A stretch of DNA of 64,000 nt from Squalus acanthias (taxonomy: Eukaryota), in the NCBI GenBank assembly GCA_030390025.1, contig JASTWF010000330.1, positions 372,001 to 436,000 of the forward strand, read 5' to 3'. A model generated the notes under the pieces. It did not search any database, was not told where the DNA came from, and was given only the letters and a program-made list of their open reading frames with translations. Each line of letters opens with the position of its first letter. Position 1 is the stretch's first letter. Below are positions 36,978 through 48,700 of the stretch, in pieces. A program made the translations under genes and the position numbers.

Positions 36978-37073
36978 CTGAGGCTGCAGACACTGCTGGG
37001 ATAGTGGATGAACCGTCAGCAGATTCTTCAGTTGGTTGTTCCTCGGTTTCCAGATTTGGGGACCTGGCCGGAC
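36978..37073 (-). CDS. Mucin-like repeat exon B2 (identical to B1)
   Basis: AG/GT, 96 bp. GPARSPNLETEEQPTEESADGSSTIPAVSAAS. Confidence 0.8.
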
Positions 37074-38679
37074 CTGTAATAAAGGAAGAGAGAGATTGGA
37101 GAGTGGAGGAGTGAAGAACACCAGAACAGGTCACCAGACTGAGACGAAACCTGGAGAATGTCAGACACCAGTCTTTCTAAGAACCAGAGTCATACAAACC
37201 CACTCCCCTCAGGAACTGTGTCCCAATCCCCTCAGGAACAGTGTCCCACTCCCCTCAGGAACTGTGTCCCAATCCCCTCAGTAACTGTGTCCCACTCCCC
37301 TCAGGTACTGTGTCCCACTTCCCTCAGGAACTCCGTCCCACTCCCCTCAGGAACTGCGACCCACTTACCTCAGCAACTGTGTCCCAAACCCCTCAAGAAC
37401 TGTGAGCCAGTCCCCTCATGAACTGGGTCCCACTCCCCTCAGGAACTGTGTCCCACTTCCCTCAGGAACTGTGTCCCACTCCCCTCAGGAACTGCGTCCC
37501 ACTCCCCTCAGAAACTGTGTCCCAGTCCCGTCAGAAACTGTGTCCCACTCCCCTCAGGAACTGTGTCCCACTCCCCTCAGGAACTGTGTCTCACGCCCCT
37601 CAAGAACTGTGTCCCACTCCTCTCAGGAACTGTGTCCCACTCCCCTCAGGAACTGTGTCCCACTCCCCTCAGGAACTCTGTCCCACTCCCCACAGGAACT
37701 GTGTCCCACTCCCCTCAGGAACAGTGTCCCACTCCCCTCAGGAACTGTGTCCCATTCCCCTCAGGAACTGTGTCCCACTCCCCTCAGGAACTATGTCCCA
37801 CTCCCCTCAGAAACTGTGTCCCCCTCCCCTCAGGAAATGTGTCCCCCTCCCCTCAGGAACTGTGTCCCACTCCCCTCAGGAACTGTGTCCCACTCCCCTC
37901 AGGAACTGTGTCCCACTCCCCTCAGGAACTGTGTCCCACTCCCCTCAGGAACAGCGTTCCACTCCCCTCAGGAACTGTGTCCCACTCCCCTCAGGAACAG
38001 CGTTCCACTCCCCTCAGGAACTGTGTCCCACTCCCCTCAGGAGCTGTGTCCCACTCCCCGCAGGAACTGTGTCCCACTCCCCTCAGGAACTGTTTCCCAC
38101 TCCGATCAATAACTGTGTCCCACTCCCCTCAGGAACTGTGTCCCACTCACCTCAGGAACTGTGTCCCACTCCCATCAGGAACTGCGTCCCACTCCCCTCA
38201 GGAACTGTGTCCCACTCCCCTCAGTAACTGTGATCCACTCCCCTCAGGAACTGCGTCCCACTCCCCTAAGGAACTGTCTCACCGTCCCCTCTGGAACTGC
38301 GTCCCACTCCCCTCAGGAAATGCATCCCATTCCCCTCGGGAACTGCGTCCCACTCCCTTCGGGAACAGCATCCCACTACCCTCCATCTCCACATCCCACT
38401 CCCCTCAGTTCCCTCAGACCACTCCCCTCAGTCTCCTCATCCCACACCCCTCAGTCACCTCATCCCACTCCCCTCAGTCACGATTACCACTCCCCTCAGT
38501 TTCCTCATCCCACTCCCCTCAGTCTCATCAACCCACTCCCCTCAGTCTCCTCATCCAACTCTCCTCAGTCACGGTACCCACTTCCTCAGTAAGAGATTGG
38601 TTGAATCTCCGGGAATGAGGTTTTCGGGAGTCACATTGAGTGAACAGACTGTAAACAATGGGCCCCACAAGACAGATAC

Positions 38680-38775
38680 CTGAGGCTGCTGACATTGCTG
38701 GGATATTGGATGAACCGTCAGGAGATTCTTCAGTTGGTTGTTCCTCTGTTTCCTGATTTGGGGACGTGGCCGGAC
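38680..38775 (-). CDS. Mucin-like repeat exon B3
   Basis: AG/GT, 96 bp. GPATSPNQETEEQPTEESPDGSSNIPAMSAAS. Confidence 0.8.
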
Positions 38776-39485
38776 CTGTAATAAAGGAAGAGAGAGATTG
38801 GAGAGTGGAGGAGTGAAGAACACCAGAAGAGGTCACCAGACTGGGACTAGAGCTAGAGAATGTCAGACACCAGTCTTTATATGACCCAGAATCATACAAT
38901 CACACTCCCCTCAGGAAATCTGTCCCACTCCCCTCAGGAACTGAGTCCCACTCACCTCAGGATCTGTGTCACACTCCCCTCTGGAACTGTGTCCCACTCC
39001 CCTCAGGAACTGTGTCCCACTCCCCTCAGTCTCCTCATCCCACTCCCCTCAGTCTCCTGCATCACACTCCCATCACTCTCCTCATCCCACTCCCCTCAGT
39101 CTCCTGATCCCACTCGCCTCAGTCACCTCAACCCCCTCCATTCAGTCTCCTAATCCAAATGCCCTCAGTCTCCTCATGCCACTCCCCTAAGTCCACTCAT
39201 CCCACTTCCTCAGTCTCCTCATGCCGCTCCCCTCAGTCTCCTCATCCAACTCTCATCAGTTCCCTCATCCAACTGCCCCTTGTCTCTTCATCCCACTTCC
39301 CTCAGTGTCCTCATACCACACCCCGCAGGCTCCTCATCCCACTCCCCTCAGTCCCCTCATCCCACTCCCCTCAGTCACGATACCCACTCCCTCAGTAAGA
39401 GATTGGATGAATCTCCGGGAATGAGGTTTTCAGGAGTCACATTGAGTGAACAGACTGTAAACAATGGGCCCCACAAGACAGATAC

Positions 39486-39581
39486 CTGAGGCTGCAGACA
39501 CTGCTGGGATAGTGGATGAACCGTCAGGAGATTCTTCAGTTGGTTGTTCCTCGGTTTCCAGATTTGGGGACCTGGCCGGAC
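39486..39581 (-). CDS. Mucin-like repeat exon B4
   Basis: AG/GT, 96 bp. GPARSPNLETEEQPTEESPDGSSTIPAVSAAS. Confidence 0.8.
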
Positions 39582-39704
39582 CTGTAATAAAGGAAGAGAG
39601 AGATTGGAGAGTGGAGGAGTGAAGAACACCAGAACAGGTCACCAGACTGAGACTAGACCTGGAGAATGTCAGACACCAGTCTTTATATAACCCAGAATCA
39701 TCCA

Positions 39705-42700
39705 ATCCCACTCCCCTCAGGAACTGTGTCCCAATCCCCTCAGGAACTGTGTCCCACTCCCCTCAGGAACTGTGTCCCACTTCCCTCAGGAACTCTGTCC
39801 CACTCCCCTCAGGAACTGTGTCCCACTCCCCTCAGCAACTGTGTCCCAAACCCCTCAGGAACTGTGTCCCACTTCCCTCAGGAACAGTGTCCCACATCCC
39901 TCAGGAACTGTGTCCCACTTCCCTCAGGAACAGTGTCCCACATCCCTCAGGAACTGTGTCCCACTCCCCTCATGAACTGGGTCCCACTCCCCTCAGGAAC
40001 TGTGTCCCACTCCCCTCAGGAACTGTGTCCCACTCCCCTCAGGAACTGTGTCCCACTCCCCTCAGAAACTGTGTCCCAGTCCCGTCAGAAACTGTGTCCC
40101 ACTCCCCTCAGGAACTGTGTCCCACTCCCCTCAGGAACTGTGTCTCACGCCCCTCAGGAACTGTGTCCCACTCCCCTCAGGAACTGTGTCCCACTCCCCT
40201 CTGGAACTGTGTCCCACTCCCCTCAGGAACTGTGTCCCACTCCCCTCAGGAACTGTGTCCCACTCCCCACAGGAACTGTGTCCCACTCCCCTCAGGAACT
40301 GTGTCCCACTCCCCTCAGGAACTGTGTCCCACTCCCCTCAGGAACTGTGTCCCACTCCCCTCAGAAACTGTGTCCCCCTCCCCTCAGGAACTGTGTCCCA
40401 CTCCCCTCAGGAACTGTGTCCCACTCCCCTCAGGAACTGTGTCCCACTCCCCTCAGGAACTGTGTCCCCCTCCCCTCAGGAACTGTGTCCCACTCCCCTC
40501 AGGAACTGTGTCCCACTCCCCTCAGGAACTGTGTCCCACTCCCCTCAGGAACAGCGTCCCCCTCCCCTCAGGAACTGTGTCCCACTCCCCTCAGGAACTG
40601 TGTCCCACTCACCTCAGGAACTGTGTCCCACTCCCCTCAGGAACTGTGTCCCACTCCCCTCAGGAACTGTGTCCCTCTCCCCTCAGGAACTATGTCCCAC
40701 TCCTCTCAGGAACCGAGTCCCACTCCCCTCAGGAACTGTGTCCCACTCCTCTCAGGAACTGTGTCCCACTCCCCTCAGGAACTGCGTTCCACTCCCCACA
40801 GAAACTGTGTCTCACTCCCCTCAGGAACTGTGTCCCTCTCCCCTCAGGAACCGTGTCCCACTCCCCTCAGGAACTGTGTCCACTCCCCTCAGGAACAGTG
40901 TCCACTCCCCTCAGGAACTGTGTCCCTCTCCCCTCAGGAACTGTTTCCCACTCCCCTCAGGAACTGTGTCCGACTCCCCTCAGGAACTGTGTCCCACTCC
41001 CCTCAGGAACTGTGACCTCTCCCCTCAGGAACTGTGTCCCACTCCCCTCAGGAACTGTGTCCACTCCCCTCAGGAACTGTGTCCCACTCCCCTCAGGAAC
41101 TGTGTCCGACTCCCCTCAGGAACTGTGTCCCACTCCCCTCAGGAACTGTGTCCTCTCCCCTCAGGAACTGTGTCCCACTCCCCTCAGGAACTGTGTCCAC
41201 TCCCCTCAGGAACTGTGTCCCACTCCCCTCAGGAACTGTGTCCCACTCCCCTCAGGAACTGCGTTCCACTCCCCTCAGGAACTGTGTCCACTCCCCTCAG
41301 GAACTGTGTCCCACTCACCTCAGGAAATGTGTCCCACTCCCCTCAGGAACTGTTTCCCACTCCCCACAGGCAACTGTGTCCCACTCCCCACAGGAACTGT
41401 GTCCCACTCCCCAAAGGAACTGTGTCCCACTCCCCACAGGAACTGTGTCCCACTCCCCACAGGAACGGTGTCCCACTCCCCTCAGGAACTGTGTCCACTC
41501 CCCTCAGGAACTGTGTCCCTCTCCCCTCAGGAACTGTGTCCACTCCCCTCAGGAACTGCGTCCCACTCCCCTCAGGAACAGTGTCCCACTCCCCTCAGGA
41601 ACTGTGTCCACTCCCCTCAGGAACTGTGTCCCACTCCCCTCAGGAACTGTATCCCTCTCCCCTCAGGAACTGTGTCCCTCTCCCCTCCGGAACTGTGTCC
41701 ACTCCCCTCAGGAACTGTGTCCCACTCCCCTCAGGAACTGTGTCCCACTCCCCTCAGGAACTGTGTCCCTCTCCCCTCAGGAACTGTGTCCCACTCCCCT
41801 CAGGAACTGTGTCCCACTCCCCTCAGGAACTGTGTCCCTCTCCCCTCCGGAACTGTGTCCACTCCCCTCAGGAACTGTGTCACACTCCCCTCAGGAACTG
41901 TGTCCCACTCCCCTCAGGAACTGCGTCCACTCCCCTAAGGAACTGTGTCCCACTCCCCTCAGGAACTGTGTCCCACTCCCCACAGAAACTGTAACCCTCT
42001 CCCCTCAGGAACTGTGTCCCACTCCCCTCAGGAACTGTGTCCACTCCCCTCAGGAACTGTGTCCATTCCCCTCAGGAACTGTGTCCACTCCCCTCAGGAA
42101 CTGTGTCCACTCCCCTCAGGAACTGTGTCCACTCCCCTCAGGAACTGTGTCCACTCCCCTCAGGAACTGTGTCCACTCCCCTCAGGAACTGTGTCCCTCT
42201 CCCCTCAGGAACTGTGTCCACTCCCCTCAGGAACTGTGTCCCTCTCCCCGCAGGAACTGTGTCCCTCTCCCCTCAGGAACTGTGTCCCACTCCCCTCAGG
42301 AACTGTGTCCACTCCCCTCAGGAACTGTGTCCACTCCCCTCAGGAACTGTGTCCCACTCCCCTCAGGAACTGTGTCCCTCTCCCCTCAGGAACTGTGTCC
42401 CACTCCCCTCAGGAACTCTGTCCCTCTCCCCTCAGGAACTGTGTCCACTCCCCTCAGGTACTGTGTCCCTCTCCCCTCAGGAACCGTGTCCCACTCCCCT
42501 CAGGAGCTGTGTCCACTCCCCTCAGGAACTGTGTCCACTCCCCTCAGGAACTTTGTCCCTCTCCCCTCAGGAACTGTTTCCCACTCCCCTCAGGAACTGT
42601 GTCCGACTCCCCTCAGGAACTGTGTCCCACTCCCCTCAGGAACTGTGTCCTCTCCCCTCAGGAACTGTGTCCCACTCCCCTCAGGAACTGTGTCCACTCC

Positions 42701-45700
42701 CCTCAGGAACTGTGTCCCACTCCCCTCAGGAACTGTGTCCCACTCCCCTCAGGAACTGCGTCCCACTCCCCTCAGGAACTGTGTCCACTCCCCTCAGGAA
42801 CTGTGTCCCACTCACCCCAGGAAATGTGTCCCACTCCCCTCAGGAACTGTTTCCCACTACCCACAGGAACTATGTCCCACTCCCCACAGGAACTGTGTCC
42901 CACTCCCCACAGGAACTGTGTCCCACTCCCCTCAGGAACTGTGTCCCACTCCCCTCAGGAACTGTGTCCCACTCCCCTCAGGAACTGTGTCCCACTCCCC
43001 TCAGAACTGTGTCCCTCTCCCCTCAGGAACTGTGTGCCACTCCCCTCAGAACTGTGTCCACTCCCCTCAGGAACTGTGTCCCACTCCCCTCAGGAACTGC
43101 GTTCCACTCCCCTCAGGAACTGTGTCCACTCCCCTCAGGAACTGTGTCCCACTCCCCTCAGGAACTGTGTCCCACTCCCCTCAGGAACTGTTTCCCACTC
43201 CCCTCAGGAACTGTGTCCCACTCCCCTCAGGAACTGTGTCCCACTCCCCTCAGGAACTGTGTCCCACTCCCCACAGGAACTGTGTCCCACTCCCCACAGG
43301 AACGGTGTCCCACTCCCCTCAGGAACTGTGTCCACTCCCCTCAGGAACTGTGTCCCACTCCCCTCAGGAACTGTGTCCCACTCCCCTCAGGAACTGTGTC
43401 CCACTCCCCTCAGGAACTGTGTCCCTCTCCCCTCAGGAACTGTGTCCCACTCCCCTCAGGAACTGTGTCCACTCCCCTCAGGAACTGTGTCCCACTCCCC
43501 TCAGGAACTGTGTCCCACTCCCCTCAGGAACTGCGTCCCACTCCCCTCAGGAACTGTGTCCACTCCCCTCAGGAACTGTGTCCCACTCACCCCAGGAAAT
43601 GTGTCCCACTCCCCTCAGGAACTGTTTCCCACTACCCACAGGAACTATGTCCCACTCCCCACAGGAACTGTGTCCCACTCCCCAAAGGAACTGTGTCCCT
43701 CTCCCCACAGGAACTGTGTCCCACTCCCCACAGGAACGGTGTCCCACTCCCCTCAGGAACTGTGTCCCACTCCCCACAGAAACTGTAACCCTCTCCCCTC
43801 AGGAACTGTGTGCACTCCCCTCAAGAACTGTGTCCACTCCCCTCAGGAACTGTGTCCCACTCCCCTCAGGAACTGCGTTCCACTCCCCTCAGGAACTGTG
43901 TCCACTCCCCTCAGGAACTGTGTCCCACTCACCTCAGGAAATGTGTCCCACTCCCCTCAGGAACTGTTTCCCACTCCCCACAGGAACTGTGTCCCACTCC
44001 CCACAGGAACTGTGTCCCACTCCCCAAAGGAACTGTGTCCCACTCCCCACAGGAACTGTGTCCCACTCCCCACAGGAACGGTGTCCCACTCCCCTCAGGA
44101 ACTGTGTCCACTCCCCTCAGGAACTGTGTCCCTCTCCCCTCAGGAACTGTGCCCACTCCCCTCAGGAACTGCGTCCCACTCCCCTCAGGAGCAGTGTCCC
44201 ACTCCCCGCAGGAACTCTGTCCACTCCCCTCAGGAACTGTGTCCCACTCCCCTCAGGAACTGTATCCCTCTCCCCTCAGGAACTGTGTCCCTCTCCTCTC
44301 CGGAACTGTGTCCACTCCCCTCAGGAAGTGTGTCCCACTCCCCTCAGGAACTGTGTCCCACTCCCCTCAGGAACTGTGTCCCTCTCCCCTCAGGAACTGT
44401 GTCCCACTCCCCTCAGGAACTGTGTCCCACTCCCCTCAGGAACTGTGTCCCACTCCCCTCCGGAACTGTGTCCACTCCCCTCAGGAACTGTGTCACACTC
44501 CCCTCAGGAACTGTGTCCCACTCCCCTCAGGAACTGTGTCCACTCCCCTAAGGAACTGTGTCCCACTCCCCTCAGGAACTGTGTCCCACTCCCCTCAAGA
44601 ACTGTGTCCACTCCCCTCAGGAACTGTGTCCCACTCCCCTCAGGAACTGTGTCCCACTCCCCTCAAGAACTGTGTCCACTCCCCTCAGGAACTGTGTCCC
44701 ACTCCCCTCAGGAACTGTGTCCACTCCCCTCAGGAACTGTGTCCACTCCCCTCAGGAACTGTGTCCACTCCCCTCAGGAACTGTGTCCACTCCCCTCAGG
44801 AACTGTGTCCACTCCCCTCAGGAACCGTGTCCACTCCCCTCAGGAACCGTGTCCACTCCCCTCAGGAACTGTGTCCCTCTCCCCGCAGGAACTGTGTCCC
44901 TCTCCCCTCAGGAACTGTGTCCCTCTCCCCTCAGGAACTGTGTCCCACTCCCCTCAGGAACTGTGTCCCTCTCCCCTCAGGAACTGTGTCCCACTCCCCT
45001 CAGGAACTCTGTCCCTCTCCCCTCAGGAACTGTGTTCCACTCCCCTCAGGAACTGTGTCCCTCTCCCCACAGGAACCGTGTCCCACTCCCCTCAGGAACT
45101 GTGTCCCTCTCCCCTCAGGAACCGTGTCCCACTCCCCTCAGGAACTGTGTCCACTCCCCTCAGGAACTGTGTCCACTCCCCTCAGGAACTGTGTCCCACT
45201 CCCCTCAGGAACTGTTTCCCACTCCCCTCAGGAACTGTGTCCGACTCCCCTCAGGAACTGTGTCCCACTCCCCTCAGGAACTGTGTCCTCTCCCCTCAGG
45301 AACTGTGTCCCACTCCCCTCAGGAACTGTGTCCACTCCCCTCAGGAACTGTTTCCCACTCCCCTCAGGAACTGTGTCCGACTCCCCTCAGGAACTGTGTC
45401 CCACTCCCCTCAGGAACTGTGTCCTCTCCCCTCAGGAACTGTGTCCCACTCCCCTCAGGAACTGTGTCCACTCCCCTCAGGAACTGTGTCCCACTCCCCT
45501 CAGGAACTGTGTCCCACTCCCCTCAGGAACTGCGTTCCACTCCCCTCAGGAACTGTGTCCACTCCCCTCAGGAACTGTGTCCCACTCACCTCAGGAAATG
45601 TGTCCCACTCCCCTCAGGAACTGTTTCCCACTCCCCACAGGAACTGTGTCCCACTCCCCACAGGAACTGTGTCCCACTCCCCAAAGGAACTGTGTCCCAC

Positions 45701-48700
45701 TCCCCACAGGAACTGTGTCCCACTCCCCACAGGAACGGTGTCCCACTCCCCTCAGGAACTGTGTCCACTCCCCTCAGGAACTGTGTCCCTCTCCCCTCAG
45801 GAACTGTGTCCACTCCCCTCAGGAACTGCGTCCCACTCCCCTCAGGAACAGTGTCCCACTCCCCTCAGGAACTGTGTCCACTCCCCTCAGGAACTGTGTC
45901 CCACTCCCCTCAGGAACTGTATCCCTCTCCCCTCAGGAACTGTGTCCCTCTCCCCTCAGGAACTGTGTCCACTCCCCTCAGGAACTGTGTCCCACTCCCC
46001 TCAGGAACTGTGTCCCACTCCCCTCAGGAACTGTGTCCCTCTCCCCTCAGGAACTGTGTCCCACTCCCCTCAGGAACTGTGTCCCACTCCCCTCAGGAAC
46101 TGTATCCCTCTCCCCTCAGGAACTGTGTCCCTCTCCCCTCCGGAACTGTGTCCACTCCCCTCAGGAACTGTGTCCCACTCCCCTCAGGAACTGTGTCCCA
46201 CTCCCCTCAGGAACTGTGTCCCTCTCCCCTCAGGAACTGTGTCCCTCTCCCCTCAGGAACTGTGTCCCACTCCCCTCAGGAACTGTGTCACACTCCCCTC
46301 AGGAACTGTGTCCCACTCCCCTCAGGAACTGCGTCCACTCCCCTCAGGAACTGTGTCCCACTCCCCTCAGGAACTGTGTCCCACTCCCCACAGAACTGTG
46401 ACCCTCTCCCCTCAGGAACTGTGTCCACTCCCCTCAAGAACTGTGTCCACTCCCCTCAGGAACTGTGTCCCACTCCCCTCAGGAACTGTGTCCACTCCCC
46501 TCAGGAACTGTGTCCACTCCCCTCAGGAACTGTGTCCACTCCCCTCAGGAACTGTGTCCACTCCCCTCAGGAACTGTGTCCACTCCCCTCAGGAACTGTG
46601 TCCACTCCCCTCAGGAACTGTGTCCACTCCCCTCAGGAACTGTGTCCCCCTCCCCTCAGGAACTGTGTCCCACTCCCCTCAGGAACTGTGTCCACTCCCC
46701 TCAGGAACTGTGTCCCTCTCCCCTCAGGAACTGTGTCCCACTCCCCTCAGGAACTGTGTCCCTCTCCCCTCAGGAACTGTGTCCCACTCCCCTCAGGAAC
46801 TCTGTCCCTCTCCCCTCAGGAACTGTGTTCCACTCCCCTCAGGAACTGTGTCCCTCTCCCCTCAGGAACCGTGTCCCACTCCCCTCAGGAACTGTGTCCA
46901 CTCCCCTCAGGAACTGTGTCCCTCTCCCCTCAGGAACTGTTTCCCACTCCCCTCAGGAACTGTGTCCGACTCCCCTCAGGAACTGTGTCCCACTCCCCTC
47001 AGGAACTGTGTCCTCTCCCCTCAGGAACTGTGTCCCACTCCCCTCAGGAACTGTGTCCACTGCCCTCAGGAACTGTGTCCCACTCCCCTCAGGAACTGTG
47101 TCAGCGCCAGAGACCCGGGTTCGAATCTGACCTCGGGTGACTGTCTGTGTGGAGTTTGCACATTCTCCCCGTGTCTGCGTGGGTTTCCTCCGGGTGCTCC
47201 GGTTTCCTCCCACAGTCCAAAAATGTGTGGGTTAGGTTGATTTGGCTATGATAAATTGACCCTTAGTGTTAGGGGGGATTAAATTTATGGGGATAGGATG
47301 GGAGATGTTAGGGGGAATTAAATGCGTGGGATTACGGGGGTAGGGTGGGATGTGAGTACTGTGGGGATTGGGGCAGGGACAGGGTGCTGGATTTGGATGA
47401 TCAGCCATGATCGTATTGAATGGCGGAGCAGGCTCGACGGGCCGAATGGCCTACTCCTGCTCCTAGATTCTATGTTTCTATGTTTCTATGTTTCTATGTG
47501 TCCCACTCCCCTCAGGAACTGCGTCCCACTCCCCTCAGGAACTGTGTCCACTCCCCTCAGGAACTGTGTCCCACTCACCTCAGGAAATGTGTCCCACTCC
47601 CCTCAGGAACTGTTTCCCACTACCCACAGGAACTATGTCCCACTCCCCACAGGAACTGTGTCCCACTCCCCAAAGGAACTGTGTCCCACTCCCCACAGGA
47701 ACTGTGTCCCACTCCCCACAGGAACGGTGTCCCACTCCCCTCAGGAACTGTGTCCACTCCCCTCAGGAACTGTGTCCCTCTCCCCTCAGGAACTGTGTCC
47801 ACTCCCCTCAGGAACTGCGTCCCACTCCCCTCAGGAACAGTGTCCCACTCCCCTCAGGAACTGTGTCCACTCCCCTCAGGAACTGTGTCCCACTCCCCTC
47901 AGGAACTGTATCCCTCTCCCCTCAGGAACTGTGTCCCTCTCCCCTCCGGAACTGTGTCCATTCCCCTCAGGAACTGTGTCCCACTCCCCTCAGGAACTGT
48001 GTCCCACTCCCCTCAGGAACTGTGTCCCTCTCCCCTCAGGAACTGTGTCCCACTCCCCTCAGGAACTGTGTCCCACTCCCCTCAGGAACTGTGTCCCTCT
48101 CCCCTCCGGAACTGTGTCCACTTCCTTCAGGAACTGTGTCACACTCCCCTCAGGAACTGTGTCCCACTCCCCTTAGGAACTGTGTCCCACTCCCCACAGA
48201 AACTGTAACCCTCTCCCCTCAGGAACTGTGTCCACTCCCCTCAAGAACTGTGTCCACTCCCCTCAGGAACTGTGTCCCTCTCCCCTCAGGAACTGTGTCC
48301 ACTCCCCTCAGGAACTGTGTCCACTCCCCTCAGGAACTGTGTCCCACTCCCCTCAGGAACTGTGTCCACTCCCCTCAGGAACCGTGTCCACTCCCCTCAG
48401 GAACTGTGTCCCTCTCCCCTCAGGAACTGTGTCCACTCCCCTCAGGAACTGTGTCCCTCTCCCCTCAGGAACTGTGTCCCTCTCCCCTCAGGAACTGTGT
48501 CCCTCTCCCCTCAGGAACTGTGTCCCACTCCCCTCAGGAACTGTGTCCACTCCCCTCAGGAACTGTATCCCTCTCCCCACAGGAACTGTGTCCCACTCCC
48601 CTCAGGAACTGTGTCCCACTCCCCTCAGGAACTGTGTCCCACTCCCCACAGGAACTGTGTCCCACACCCCTCAGGAGCTGTGTCCACACCCTCAGGAACT

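Noticed and set aside
47103..47135. tRNA gene suggested by GGTTCGAATC
   Set aside because: It is the truncated tRNA-derived head of the V-SINE, with no A-box or complete cloverleaf.
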